Assembly (NCBI GenBank): GCA_032718475.1
Contig: JAUCBJ010005425.1
Location: 1 to 43,009 of the forward strand
Length of the DNA: 43,009 bases
Reading direction: 5' to 3'
Origin: Nemertoderma westbladi
Taxonomy: Eukaryota; Animalia; Xenacoelomorpha
Shown here: piece after piece, positions 19,596-32,377 of the stretch
Numbering within the stretch: position 1 is the first letter of the stretch
Layout: every line of letters starts with the position of its first letter
Program-made: the position numbers and the translations under genes
Notes under the pieces: generated by a model
What the model saw: only the letters and a program-made list of their open reading frames with translations
The model's database searches: none
Told to the model about the DNA's origin: nothing

Positions 19596-22163
19596 CATAC
19601 ACAACAGAGCCAGAACAACAAACCACGAATTGATCATGATATCGACCTCGAACGCATTTATTCTCTACCAGAGTTTTTGAGGAAAACTCATTTGACCAGA
19701 AGAGTGGAATCAGCGAGAGGAGAATCATATCGCGATTAGTGCATGCAGTTTATAGATTCACGAGTGTTCCCTCTGTCCTTCCTTGGCTATCTACGCCATA
19801 TTTGAGAACACCGCACTTTCCAGATGGTCAACCGATGTGTGCAGCCGAACGATACGTTCTCATCCCCTATCTTGCGAACCATATTTCCCAAATACGAGCG
19901 TAATAAGTTCATTCGAAGTGAATGTTTTAGGCCCTTTCTGACTCCGTTTTGGAATGTTGATAGTCAGTTTAAAGATCGTGCGTTCTCAAACTCAGCCTCC
20001 AGGACACCGTCACTGAGAAACTAGTTAGCGCTGGGTTTGCTATCTTTAAAGATATTTGCACCCAGAACAGGCATTCCTCCGTCATGCAGCGACCCAAGAT
20101 ACCCTCGGGATATTCAGTAATGGAGATTCAAATCGAAAACCTGGAGAAAGATATCGATTTGGTATACATATATTCCTTATCTGATTTCTTAGAAGAAAGG
20201 CGACGTCAATGTTACGAGTCGAATCAAATAGAGGAGAAGCATACTGAGATACTACTCCATTAAACTCTGATGTGCTTTGCTCTTATTTCAAAGACCAACC
20301 CACTATTGCGATTTATTGTGCTTACTGCCGCATTAATAATAAACATATCTTTGCTGCCTGCCCACAGTTTATGAAACAATGTCATTAATGCCAACTAAAG
20401 GGACACTCTAGTTGGGATTGTCCTTTTAGCCCAGACATTGAAAGTGTAGACGAGTTGATTGTACTTTGATACATACGAGCTTAGGAAGCTAGCGCAGATT
20501 TTCACTGCGAGTCGTGCCATCATTATTATCCAGGATACGCTTATGAAAGAGTGTATGCATTTCAGGATAGTAATATTTACTGACAGTTGTTACCGGTTAT
20601 TAACAGTAATCCAATTTTTGCACAGGCTATCCAACAGTTATCCAATTTTTGCATAGGCTATCCAACAGTTATCCAATATTTGCACAGGCTATCCAACAGT
20701 TATCGAAAATGGTCTCATGGCTGCCAGCTGTCTGGGATTTTTTCATTTTTACATTTACTGTATTAAGGACAGGTCTCCTTGAAATAATTTTAAGTTTTGT
20801 ACTGGTACCACGTACTAATATCAGGATATGATATGCAGCCTTTGATATAGTGCCGGTACCGGTATTGTATTTATGGGCTGACCGATTATACCAGAACCGA
20901 ACCCTGGAATGGTTTCCGCTTTGTCTTCAGATTTCCTTCTTACAACATCGAATCAAATGAATTACTGCTGGCGCTTTCTAACATTGTTACCTGTGTAACG
21001 AAGAACATTGGTGTATATTGAAAGTATTGACCGGAGACCATGTGATGAAAGTCGTTCGTCGTCCCCATCCTCCGTCAATGTTTCCCGACATACCAATGTC
21101 CGTCTTCCCCTCTCCATATATGCATACCTCATCACAGCTACTGAAAAATTGTGCATTTGTGTCATGGTTGTTACTCGCGATGACAACTGGCATATTATTG
21201 GCGATGACTGGATGTGCTGATGAGCCAATAGAGAGAAGATCCAGTCCAGTCGCTCAGTGAATGGTAGAGATTCAAAAGAACAATGGCACTACCGGAAGCC
21301 GTGATTAATCTCTTAAATGATTACTCGGTCAGCCCATGTAGACAATACTATAGCAAAGGCTGCTAACCTAATCTCAGTAGTCATAGTGCGGTACTGGTAC
21401 AACTATAAAATTATTTCAAGGAGATCTACCTTTAGTTTTAATAAATGTAAAAATGAAATCCCAGTCAGCCGGGAGACTATTTTTGCCTTTTTAAATACAT
21501 TTTCGATAATTGTTGGATAGCCTATGCAAAAATTGTATAACTGTTGGATAGCCTTTGCAAAAATTGGATAACTGTTGGATAGCCTGTGCAAAAATTGGAT
21601 AATTGTTGGATAGCCTATGCAAAAATTGGATAACTGTTGGATAGCCTGTGCAAAAATTGGATAACAGTTGGATAGCTTGTGCAAAAATTGGATAACTGTT
21701 GGATAGCCTATGCAAAAATTGGATAACTGTTGGATAGCCTGTGCAAAAATTGGATAACTGTTGGATAGCCTATGCAAAAATTGGATAACTGTTAATAACC
21801 AGTAACAACTGTCAGTAAATAATACTATCCTGCATTTGACCCCTATCTTTTTCCCCAAGTCGAACAGAAAACTGTATTTCCACCAAATATGTCAGAAAGT
21901 ATTTGAAAAATATCAATCCAAACAATCTTGATTCTTACAACTTGATTGGTTTTATTAGCCGAGACCGTGAATACGGTAAGACTTTTTTTAATGTCCACCC
22001 TGAATTGCAAAAAGTCCACCGACGTCCCTATGAGTATAAGGTGAGGGAATGGGAATTAGAAAGTGTTAAACCCCGAAAATTCCTCACTACTCATGGTCTA
22101 CCCACGGCAGTCATGCAAACGACCAATGTAAAGTCCAGTAGTATACCGCCTACCGAATCCTAG
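19596..22163 (+). pseudogene. Decayed coding sequence of unknown family with a duplicated motif and two CCHC knuckles, split by a foldback insertion
   Basis: DIDLERIYSLPEFL..RVESARGESYRD (about 19638) and DIDLVYIYSLSDFL..RVESNRGEAY*D (about 20150); CAYCRINNKHIFAAC and CH*CQLKGHSSWDC at 20317-20421. Confidence 0.45.
20563..21832. mobile_element. Foldback-type DNA element with long TIRs containing 31-bp tandem repeats
   Basis: 20563-20808 and 21390-21832 are inverted copies starting CAGGATAGTA; unit ATCCAATTTTTGCACAGGCTATCCAACAGTT (about 3 copies left, about 9 right); 5-bp direct repeat CATTT at 20558-20562 and 21833-21837. Confidence 0.88.
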
Positions 22164-23899
22164 TAATGAAAATACCTTACTGTAGAATCCAGCAGAGTAC
22201 ACGGGTTTGTACAGTATCTTACAAGAAATCCCAGTCCAGGGTGTCTAAATAAACAGATACCAGGTACACAAACGACTACTGGCGAGGAACGGAGCCTGAT
22301 GTCTCTTCTAATACTTGGGCAAATCAATTGCCCGGGCTAACTAGACAAACAGGATGCCCGGCCTCTAACCGGTGAAGCAGATGTACAGTCTACAGATACA
22401 GACCAAACTCACGGGAAAACAATCCCTGCGTAGCGAATCCTTAACTATCGCTAATGGACCTAAATACTGTAAGCTTGCCGCGGTGTGATTTATATGGGTA
22501 TAATACGAGCTAGCGGGTCAACAATACTGGCGTAAGAAGGGTGCCTGAGTAAAACAAATACCAAATACCTCTACAAATAATAATAACCTTATCTGTAAAC
22601 CGGTAGATCTCAAGACGCGCGTGTGTGTGTGTGTTACGATAAAACAATTTTGGTGTATCGCTGTTATACTATGTTTTGGTGATTTTAACAAAATAACAAT
22701 ACCGGGCACTAGCTACTTGAATAAGCTTAGTCGCACGCTGTAGGTGCAATACTTACAAACTGACGTCAAAAGGGCTCTCTCCTCCTATGTTCACAACTCA
22801 GTCGGGCAATTACGGTGTTAGTAACTACGCCCGTGATCGGCACTAATACCAGATTATAATTGTGAGATAAGGAAATAGGGTGTTAATTTACTACCGTACG
22901 TCAAGCTGATCTGGTATGTAATTTGATTCTAGAATTTTGTTACCGCGGTGGTCTGCAGTAAATACCTATCAGTACATGGCAAGGGTGTGGTAGATTGTTA
23001 GTAAACCTCCCTTAGCCAAATACATGCCCGTAGCAGAAAGCTGCCTCTTGCCTGATCAAATACTTTAGACTCAGACAGGTCAGTCAAACTGCAAGGCCTA
23101 CAGAGCTAACCGGTACTGTACCGCTAGTACAGCAAATCACCAAATTATAGAGCAGGCTATTTGCACCTAGTGTACTTGCGCGTACTGACAAACAGCAACA
23201 GCTCGCACCTGTAGGAGATACAGGTTGACCCGGGTTTTTCCTGTCCGAATCTGAGATATTTGGTCCTAAATTTTACGGCATCCCAGGATGGCGTCACGCT
23301 TCACCCTGATCTAAGGAACTTACGGCGGGCAAAAGCGTCGAACAAAGTCTTACCTCCTCTGACGTGGGCGCACTCAGGCAATCGGGGATGCTTCCAAATG
23401 GGCGTGGGCGAAGATAGTGTGGGCTCCTTTACGCGACGTGGACATTCCTTCCCATTGCATTGCTGTGGCCATTCCCCAAAGTGTTTGGCTGTTCAAGGTA
23501 GATAAACTAAGAGCTACGTTCTGAGTTTGCAATATATTTTAACGTAAATGACAAAATATTTATCGAATTTGGACTAAACTTTTACAAATTAACTAATGAC
23601 AAAGTTATACTAATGAATTAGTAAGTAGGCCCCTATCAATATAAGTGTAAGATTAGTGAGACTAGACTGTCAAGTTAAAGGAGTGATAACCGAAGGGCAA
23701 ACGGCACCTTTTATATGAAATCCTATGCATGGAATCCACTAGAACATTCTACCATATAAATGGTGGTGGTATAATTGGACCAATAAATCATCAAATGCCC
23801 TACGATTGGCCCAACTAATCTGTCCATGTGTTGTATGCACTCCGTTGGCTTATCTAACTTAACGAAACGGAAAATAAATAGCGCAAAATAAAAATTTTA

Positions 23900-23977
23900 C
23901 TGACCCAGATTCGAATTCTTAACCTACCTAGGATGTAACCTGTACCAACCTACTGGACCACTGCACCAATAGAAACC
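23900..23977 (-). repeat. tRNA-derived SINE-like head (degenerate)
   Basis: Minus strand has A-box-like TGGTGCAGTGG and B-box-like AATTCGAATCT at tRNA-like spacing; no convincing cloverleaf. Confidence 0.35.
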
Positions 23978-25968
23978 CATGCCAAATTATAACTAGAGTA
24001 GGTGATATGCAAATTGTAACAAACTATAAAACAAGGCAAATGCGTTGGACTTTTGAAAGTTTTTACGTACTGTAGTATTAATTACAAATAGCTATCTAGT
24101 AGTGAAATAATCCCACAACTAAAGCAGGATCAGTTCAGGCTGCTGTCCTAAGACGGGCCTTAAAGGTTGTGTGCCCTCGATCCCTTAGGTCCTCCGATAA
24201 ACGTGTCGATATCGCAGTTCCTCCACAGGAGATAAGTGGACCTCCTATGGATATTGATGAACCAGGTACCTTGACCGGCGGATACATTGACTGCAACCCA
24301 AACTCTTCTGATGCAATTGTATTGCACCCTTCCCCAAGGAGTTATAGACCTCCATGTTCTAGAAAAAAGATTGATTATTTAGAGTAGTAAATTTATTAGA
24401 AACTGTGACTCTACGTATATATTATAGACATATGTCCCATTTTCTGGGAGCTGTGTTAAAGCTTTTGAAGCAAAAATGTGTCATTTTTGTGCAATTCGCG
24501 AACTACTCTAAAAAGGCCAGCATTATATTAATGTATTAGATAATGTATAGACTAATGCCCTCTAGCGTGTGTTTTAGTACAGAGCTAACATGACGAAATT
24601 TGCCAGCTGTTTCTTTATGCTTAGAGCCTATGTATATTTTGGCCAATCAGCACGATTTTCGATTTACCTGCATTTGTTGACATATGTAGATGTAGATGCA
24701 AATCCTTCATTCTGACATTCTAAATTTGCCAGAGACCATCTGTGACCAGGCTGCCAGAGAGCTATCAACCACAATATACAGATATATTATCTCTCTTCAT
24801 TCACTACAATTGGGCACTGGCAAACATCTGACTGCTGATTGAATGCCAGCACCGCATAATTTTATACTGGTTTTATACTGTTATTCATTACTGTATGGTT
24901 TGTAACCTATTTAATCTCTATGCTTATATTTGGAGAATACTTATGAATAATCGATAATTCCTTTGAGTTTCGTGATTATTGAGGTAATCAAAGGGGAACA
25001 TTGGTAACAACTGCTTGGCTCAAATTACAGTGGTCTGTATGAATTCATGCTACATATTTCATAATTTCTCCTTTGGTAACATTGGTAACAGTCGGCTATT
25101 ATTGTCAGTAAAGTGAGTGTGAGCGAATAAATCTACATTCCTAAAGAATGTAAAACCGTGCTGTTCATAACCCTCAATTGTAATTAGTATAAGTCATAAC
25201 TCTGTGTGATATTTAAAGCGCAGCATCTAAAGGAACTGTTGGTATTGCCCTGAAAATATATGTAGTTTTTGGAGATTATATAGTAGAGAGAGATCAATCG
25301 AATAATACAAAGTAGCCTACCCGCTCCCCCTCTCTCTGGAATTCAGTCTCCCACACACAGTGGTTCATACAGTCATATGCTGCTCTAAACTGGCTTCTGC
25401 TGTGGTCATATTTTGTATGGGCTGTCAGACTATCTGCATAAGATACATAAATTAACTGGTTAAACTGTTAAAGGTCTAAAAGCGCGAACATACACTGTGA
25501 TGTTATTGTATTTTTATTGCTAGGCCTCATTGTGTTTTATTGCTCTTTTCCAATTTTATAAAAAAACCCTATGTTATTGTTAATTTACTTGTACAGGTAA
25601 AACAATCATTAGCTTTCTCTATACCTTAAATATTAAACATATTGTTATCATGGCAGCAGGGCAGCAGGGTATATCCTGATATCTGTGAATCTGTAGATCA
25701 GTGATATACCGCTGTACTGGCTGTTGGTGGAGTGGACCGGTACTGGGTACAGACAGACATATGTTAGACTTATGTTAGTGTGTAGTACCGGTACTGTAGT
25801 AGTACGTTCTGTTCTGACGTTAAAGACCAGCTGACTGAGGTACATTTACAGATTTACCAACCTAAATAGGATAGGCCCTACTGCTGTACTGGCCACCGAT
25901 ACTGCGATACGTTTTTTTTTTGGTTGTTTGACAGTTTGATACGATAATTTTAATACCTGAATACCGTA

Positions 25969-26667
25969 ATGGATGACACATGGAAAGTCAAAGGCAACGA
26001 CGCGCTGCAGCAAAATAATCATGAACTCGCGATAAAGTGTTACTCCGAGGGTTTAAAAATAACCCCGGAGAATCACATATTATTCAGCAACAGATCTGCT
26101 GCCCACGCTACGAAAACAGATTACGAAAACGCACTGAAAGACGCAAACAAATGCATCGAATTAAACGCAACATTCAGTAAAGGTTACAAGCGCAAAGGGG
26201 CTGCTTTGATGGGGTTGGGTAGGTTGGAAGAGGCCCTTAAAGCCTATGAAAGCGGTCTTAAAGTTGACCCAGAGAATCCACAACTAAAACAAGGCGTAGA
26301 AAGTTGCAACGAAGAGTTGGATAGGAAATCTTTCGCTGCTAATCCCTTCTCACAACCCGGAGTTATGGAGCGATTAAAATCCGACCCTAAAATGCGACCG
26401 CATATTAACGACCCTTCCTTCCTAAAAATACTGGATGATCTTCGTAAGAATCCCAAATCTCTTGTGATTCATTTGAGAGACGAGAGAGTTTTAGTTGCCC
26501 TTTCCAGTTTATTAGGGATCGATTTGGCTTCGGCTTCCGCTAGTAATTCACCGCCACCGGAACCAGAGCCGCGTAATAAAGCTAAACCGTCTAGTATTGT
26601 GCCGGAACTTTCTGCGCAAGAGAAAGAAGCTCTTGAGTTTAAAGAGAAAGGGAACTCGCCATCATAG
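25969..26667 (+). pseudogene. STIP1: 3'-truncated STIP1/Hop duplicate (TPR1 + DP1 only), reading frame open for 232 aa
   Basis: Near-identical to 38898-39580 including the upstream sequence; homology stops at AAAGAGAAAGG (26651). Confidence 0.85.
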
Positions 26668-26859
26668 CTATTTTTGGGTAATTTTCATTACTTGTTGGTA
26701 CCAATACTGATCTGAAGAGAATCTGATACCCCTATAGTAGTAAGTAGACCGTCCAATCGAAGACAAACGGTTAACGTAGTATAGCTAAGTTGTATCCTGA
26801 GTTGTCAGACTTAGATCCTAGGCGAACTTATATCATAGCAATTAGATCCAAATCATCCT

Positions 26860-29800
26860 AGGAGCTAATTTCACTGGGATTTAAGTTCGCTTAGGATCTA
26901 AGTTCAACGGGATCTAAGTTTGCTTAGGGTCAAAGTTCGCTTAGGATCTAAGTTCGCTTAGGATCTAAGTTTGCTTAGGATCTAAGTTCGCTTAGGATCT
27001 AAGTTTGCTTAGGATCTAAATTCACCGGGATCTAAGTTCGCTTATGATCTAAGTTCTCCGGGATCTAAGTTCGCATAGGGTCAAAGTTCGCTTAGGATCT
27101 AAGTTCGCTTAGGATCTAAGTTCGCTTAAGGTCTAAGTTCGCTTAGGATATAAGGTCGCTTAGGATCTAAGTTCACTGGGATCTAAGTTCTCCGGGATCT
27201 AAGTTCGCTTAGGGTCTAAGTTCGCTTAGGATCTTAGTTCACCGGGATCTAAGTTCGCTTAGGGTCTAAGTTCGCTTAGGATCTAAGTTCGCTTAGGATC
27301 TAAGTTTGCTTAGGATTTAAGTTCACCGGGATCTAAGTTCGCTTAGGATCTAAGTTCGCTTTGGGTCTAAGTTCGCTTAGGATCTAAGTTCGCTTAGGGT
27401 CAAAGTTCGCTCATGGTCTAAGTTCGCTTAGGATCGAAGTTCACTTAGGATCGAAGTTCACTTAGGATCGAAGTTCGCTTTGGGTCTAAATTCGCTTAGG
27501 GTCAAAGTTCGCTTAGGATCTAAGTTCGCTTAGGGTCTAAGTTCGCTTTGGATCGAAGTTCGCTTAGGGTCAAAGTTCGCTTAGGATCTAAGTTCGCTTA
27601 GGATCTAAGTTCGCTTAGGATCTAGGTTCACCGGGATCTAAGTTCGCTTAGGGTCAATGTTCGCTTAGGATCTAAGTTCGCTTAGGATCTAAGTTCGCTT
27701 AAGGATCTAAGTTCGCTTAGGGTCTAAGTTCGCTTAGGATATAAGGTCGCTTAGGATCTAAGTTCGCCTGGATCTAAGTTAATCGGGATCTAAGTTCGCT
27801 TAGTGTCAAAGTTCGCTTAGGATCTAAGTTCGCTTAGGGTCTAAGTTCGCTTTGGATCTAGTTCGCTTAGGGTCTAAGTTTGCTTAGGATCTAAGTTCAC
27901 CGGGATCTAAGTTCGCTTAGGGTCAAAGTTCGCTTAGGATCTAAGTTCGCTTAGGATCTAAGTTCGCTTAGGATCTAAGTTCGCTTAGGGTGAATGTTCG
28001 CTTAGGATCTAAGTTCGCTTAGGATCTAAGTTCGCTTAGGGTCTAAGTTCGCTTAGGATATAAGGTCTCTTAGGATCTAAGTTCACCGGGATCTAAGTTC
28101 GCTTAGTGTCAAAGTTCGCTTAGGATCTAAGTTCGCTTAGGGTCTAAGTTCGCTTTGGATTTAAGGTCGCTTAGGATCTAAGTTCGCTTAGGGTCTAAGT
28201 TCGCTTTGGATCTAGTTCGCTTAGGGTCTAAGTTTGCTTAGGATCTAAGTTCACCGGGATCTAAGTTCGCTTAGGGTCAAAGTTCGCTTAGGATCTAAGT
28301 TCGCTTAGGGTCAAAGTTCGCTCATGGTCTAAGTTCGCTTAGGATCGAAGTTCACTTAGGATCGAAGTTCACTTAGGATCGAAGTTCGCTTTGGGTCTAA
28401 ATTCGCTTAGGGTCAAAGTTCGCTTAGGATCTAAGTTCGCTTAAGGTCTAAGTTCGCTTTGGATCGAAGTTCGCTTAGGGTCAAAGTTCGCTTAGGATCT
28501 AAGTTCGCTTAGGATATAAGTTCGCTTAGGATCTAGGTTCACCGGGATCTAAGTTCGCTTAGGGTCAATGTTCGCTTAGGATCTAAGTTCGCTTAGGATC
28601 TAAGTTTGCTTAGGATCTAAATTCACCGGGATCTAAGTTCGCTTATGATCTAAGTTCTCCGGGATCTAAGTTCGCATAGGGTCAAAGTTCGCTTAGGATC
28701 TAAGTTCGCTTAGGATCTAAGTTCGCTTAAGGTCTAAGTTCGCTTAGGATATAAGGTCGCTTAGGATCTAAGTTCACTGGGATCTAAGTTCTCCGGGATC
28801 TAAGTTCGCTTAGGGTCTAAGTTCGCTTAGGATCTTAGTTCACCGGGATCTAAGTTCGCTTAGGGTCTAAGTTCGCTTAGGATCTAAGTTCGCTTAGGAT
28901 CTAAGTTTGCTTAGGATTTAAGTTCACCGGGATCTAAGTTCGCTTAGGATCTAAGTTCGCTTTGGGTCTAAGTTCGCTTAGGATCTAAGTTCGCTTAGGG
29001 TCAAAGTTCGCTCATGGTCTAAGTTCGCTTAGGATCGAAGTTCACTTAGGATCGAAGTTCACTTAGGATCGAAGTTCGCTTTGGGTCTAAATTCGCTTAG
29101 GGTCAAAGTTCGCTTAGGATCTAAGTTCGCTTAGGGTCTAAGTTCGCTTTGGATCGAAGTTCGCTTAGGGTCAAAGTTCGCTTAGGATCTAAGTTCGCTT
29201 AGGATCTAAGTTCGCTTAGGATCTAGGTTCACCGGGATCTAAGTTCGCTTAGGGTCAATGTTCGCTTAGGATCTAAGTTCGCTTAGGATCTAAGTTCGCT
29301 TAGGATCTAAGTTCGCTTAGGGTCTAAGTTCGCTTAGGATATAAGGTCGCTTAGGATCTAAGTTCGCCTGGATCTAAGTTAATCGGGATCTAAGTTCGCT
29401 TAGTGTCAAAGTTCGCTTAGGATCTAAGTTCGCTTAGGGTCTAAGTTCGCTTTGGATCTAGTTCGCTTAGGGTCTAAGTTTGCTTAGGATCTAAGTTCAC
29501 CGGGATCTAAGTTCGCTTAGGGTCAAAGTTCGCTTAGGATCTAAGTTCGCTTAGGATCTAAGTTCGCTTAGGATCTAAGTTCGCTTAGGGTGAATGTTCG
29601 CTTAGGATCTAAGTTCGCTTAGGATCTAAGTTCGCTTAGGGTCTAAGTTCGCTTAGGATATAAGGTCTCTTAGGATCTAAGTTCACCGGGATCTAAGTTC
29701 GCTTAGTGTCAAAGTTCGCTTAGGATCTAAGTTCGCTTAGGGTCTAAGTTCGCTTTGGATTTAAGGTCGCTTAGGATCTAAGTTCGCTTAGGGTCTAAGT

Positions 29801-32230
29801 TCGCTTTGGATCTAGTTCGCTTAGGGTCTAAGTTTGCTTAGGATCTAAGTTCACCGGGATCTAAGTTCGCTTAGGGTCAAAGTTCGCTTAGGATCTAAGT
29901 TCGCTTAGGGTCAAAGTTCGCTCATGGTCTAAGTTCGCTTAGGATCGAAGTTCACTTAGGATCGAAGTTCACTTAGGATCGAAGTTCGCTTTGGGTCTAA
30001 ATTCGCTTAGGGTCAAAGTTCGCTTAGGATCTAAGTTCGCTTAAGGTCTAAGTTCGCTTTGGATCGAAGTTCGCTTAGGGTCAAAGTTCGCTTAGGATCT
30101 AAGTTCGCTTAGGATATAAGTTCGCTTAGGATCTAGGTTCACCGGGATCTAAGTTCGCTTAGGGTCAATGTTCGCTTAGGATCTAAGTTCGCTTAGGATC
30201 TAAGTTCGCTTAGGATCTAAGTTCGCTTAGGGTCTAAGTTCGCTTAGGATATAAGGTCGCTTAGGATCTAAGTTCACCTGGATCTAAGTTAATCGGGATC
30301 TAAGTTCGCTTAGTGTCAAAGTTCGCTTAGGATTTAAGTTCACTTAGGATCTAACTCGCTTAGGGTCTAAGTTCGCTTAGGATATAAGGTCGCTTAGGAT
30401 CTAAATTCACTGGGATCTAAGTTCGCTTAGGATCTAAGTTCGCTTAGGGTCTAAGTTCGCTTAGGATATAAGGTCGCTTAGGATCTAAGTTCACCTGGAT
30501 CTAAGTTAATCGGGATCTAAGTTCGCTTAGTGTCAAAGTTCGCTTAGGATCTAAGTTCGCTTAGGGTCTAAGTTCGCTTTGGATCTAGTTCGCTTAGGGT
30601 CTAAGTTTGCTTAGGATCTAAGTTCACCGGGATCTAAGTTCGCTTAGGGTCAAAGTTCGCTTAGGATCTAAGTTCGCTTAGGATCTAAGTTCGCTTAGGA
30701 TCTAAGTTCGCTTAGGATCTAAGTTCGCTTAGGGTGAATGTTCGCTTAGGATCTAAGTTCGCTTAGGATCTAAGTTCGCTTAGGATCTAAGTTCGCTTAG
30801 GATCTAAGTTCGCTTAGGGTCTAAGTTCGCTTAGGATATAAGGTCGCTTAGGATCTAAGTTCACCGGGATCTAAGTTCGCTTAGTGTCAAAGTTCGATTA
30901 GGATCTAAGTTCGCTTAGGGTCTAAGTTCGCTTTGGATTTAAGGTCGCTTAGGATCTAAGTTTACCAGGATCTAAGTTCGCTTAGGATCTAAGTTTACCG
31001 TGATCTAAGTTCGCTTAGGATCTAAGTTCACCGTGATCTAAGTTCGCTTAGGGTCTAAGTTCGCTTAGGATCTTAGATCACCGGGATCTAAGTTCGCTTA
31101 GGGTCTAAGTTCGCTTAGGATCTAAGTTCACTTAGGATCTAAGTCGCTTAGGGTCTAAGTTCGCTTAGGATATAAGGTCGCTTAGGGTCTAAGGTCGCTT
31201 AGGGTCTAAGTTCGCTTAGGATATAAAGTCGCTTAGGGTCTAAGGTCGCTTAGGATCTAAGTTCTCCGGGATCAAAGTTCGCTTAGGATCTAAGTTCGTT
31301 TAGGATCTAATTTAACTTAGGGTCTAAGTTCGCTTTGGGTCTAAGTTCACCGGGATCTAAGTTCGCTTATGATCTAAGTTCTCCGGGATCTAAGTTCGCA
31401 TAGGGTCAAAGTTCGCTTAGGATCTAAGTTTGCTTAGGATCTAAGTTCGCTTAGGATATAAGGTCGCTTTGGATCTAAGTTCACTGGGATCTAAGTTCTC
31501 CGGGATCTAAGTTCGCTTAGGGTCTAAGTTCGCTTAGGATCTTAGTTCACCGGGATCTAAGTTCCCTTAGGGTCTAAGCTCCCTTAGCATCTAAGTTCAC
31601 TTTGGATCTAAGTCGCTTAGGGTCTAAGTTCGCTTAGGATATAAGGTCGCTTAGGGTCTAAGTTCACTGGGATCTAAGTTAGCTTCGGATCTAAGTTTAC
31701 CGGAATCTAAGTTCGCTTAGGGTCAAAGTTCACTTAGGATCTAAGTCGCTAAGGGTCTAAGTTCGCTTAGGATATAAGGTCGCTTAGGATCTAAGTTCAC
31801 TGGGATCTAAGTTCGCTTAGGATCTAAGTTTACCGGGATCTAAGTTCGTTTAGGGTCTAAGTTCGCTTAGGATTTAAGTTCACTTAGGATCTAAGTCGCT
31901 TAGGGTCTAATTTCGCTTAGGATATAAGGTCGCTTAGGATCTAAGTTCACTGGGATCTAAGTTCGCTTAGGATCTATGTTCACCGGGATCTAAGTTTGCT
32001 TAGGGTCTAAGTTCGCTTAGGGTCAAAGTTCGCTTAGGATCTAAGTTCACTTAGGATCTAAGTTCACTTAGGGTCTAAGTTCGCTTTGGGTTTACGTTCG
32101 CTTTTGGTCAAAGTTCACCGGGATCTAAGTTCGCTTAGGATCTAAGTTCACCGGGATCTAAGTTCGCTTAGGGTCTAACTTCGCTTAGGGTCTTAGTTCG
32201 CTTAGGATCTAACTTCGCTTAGGATCTAAG
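26860..32230. repeat. Satellite, 18-bp unit GGATCTAAGTTCGCTTAG, about 300 copies, with higher-order structure
   Basis: Direct reading; variant markers recur at 1600-1601 bp (TGAATG 27991/29591; TCATGG 27411/29012 and 28322/29922; CTTATG 27041/28642). Confidence 0.98.
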
Positions 32231-32377
32231 AGATACATTAGGATACATTATTTAAAGACGAAAGAACACTTCCTATTAATTATTTTATGAACAATTTATA
32301 TATTTTATTATTTATTATTGATTATTATTTATTATACAGTATAACGAAAAATATATAGAGATGACAGTATTATATTT

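Noticed and set aside
19400-19700. 5' LTR and primer-binding site of the minus-strand BEL element
   Set aside because: No TGTGAC terminus or LTR homology found; TGGCATTTTACC near 19552 is not recognisable as a tRNA 3'-end complement.
20830-21390. Possible transposase remnant in the foldback core
   Set aside because: Short ORFs on both strands, none with a motif I can identify.
21403-21858. 151-aa repetitive ORF
   Set aside because: Translation of the 31-bp TIR repeat cycling through frames.
23900-23977. Functional tRNA gene
   Set aside because: Only degenerate A/B boxes; stems do not form a cloverleaf. Kept as a low-confidence SINE-like head.
26860-32230. CRISPR array or repetitive protein gene
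   Set aside because: Head-to-tail units with no unique spacers; single-base indels break any open frame.
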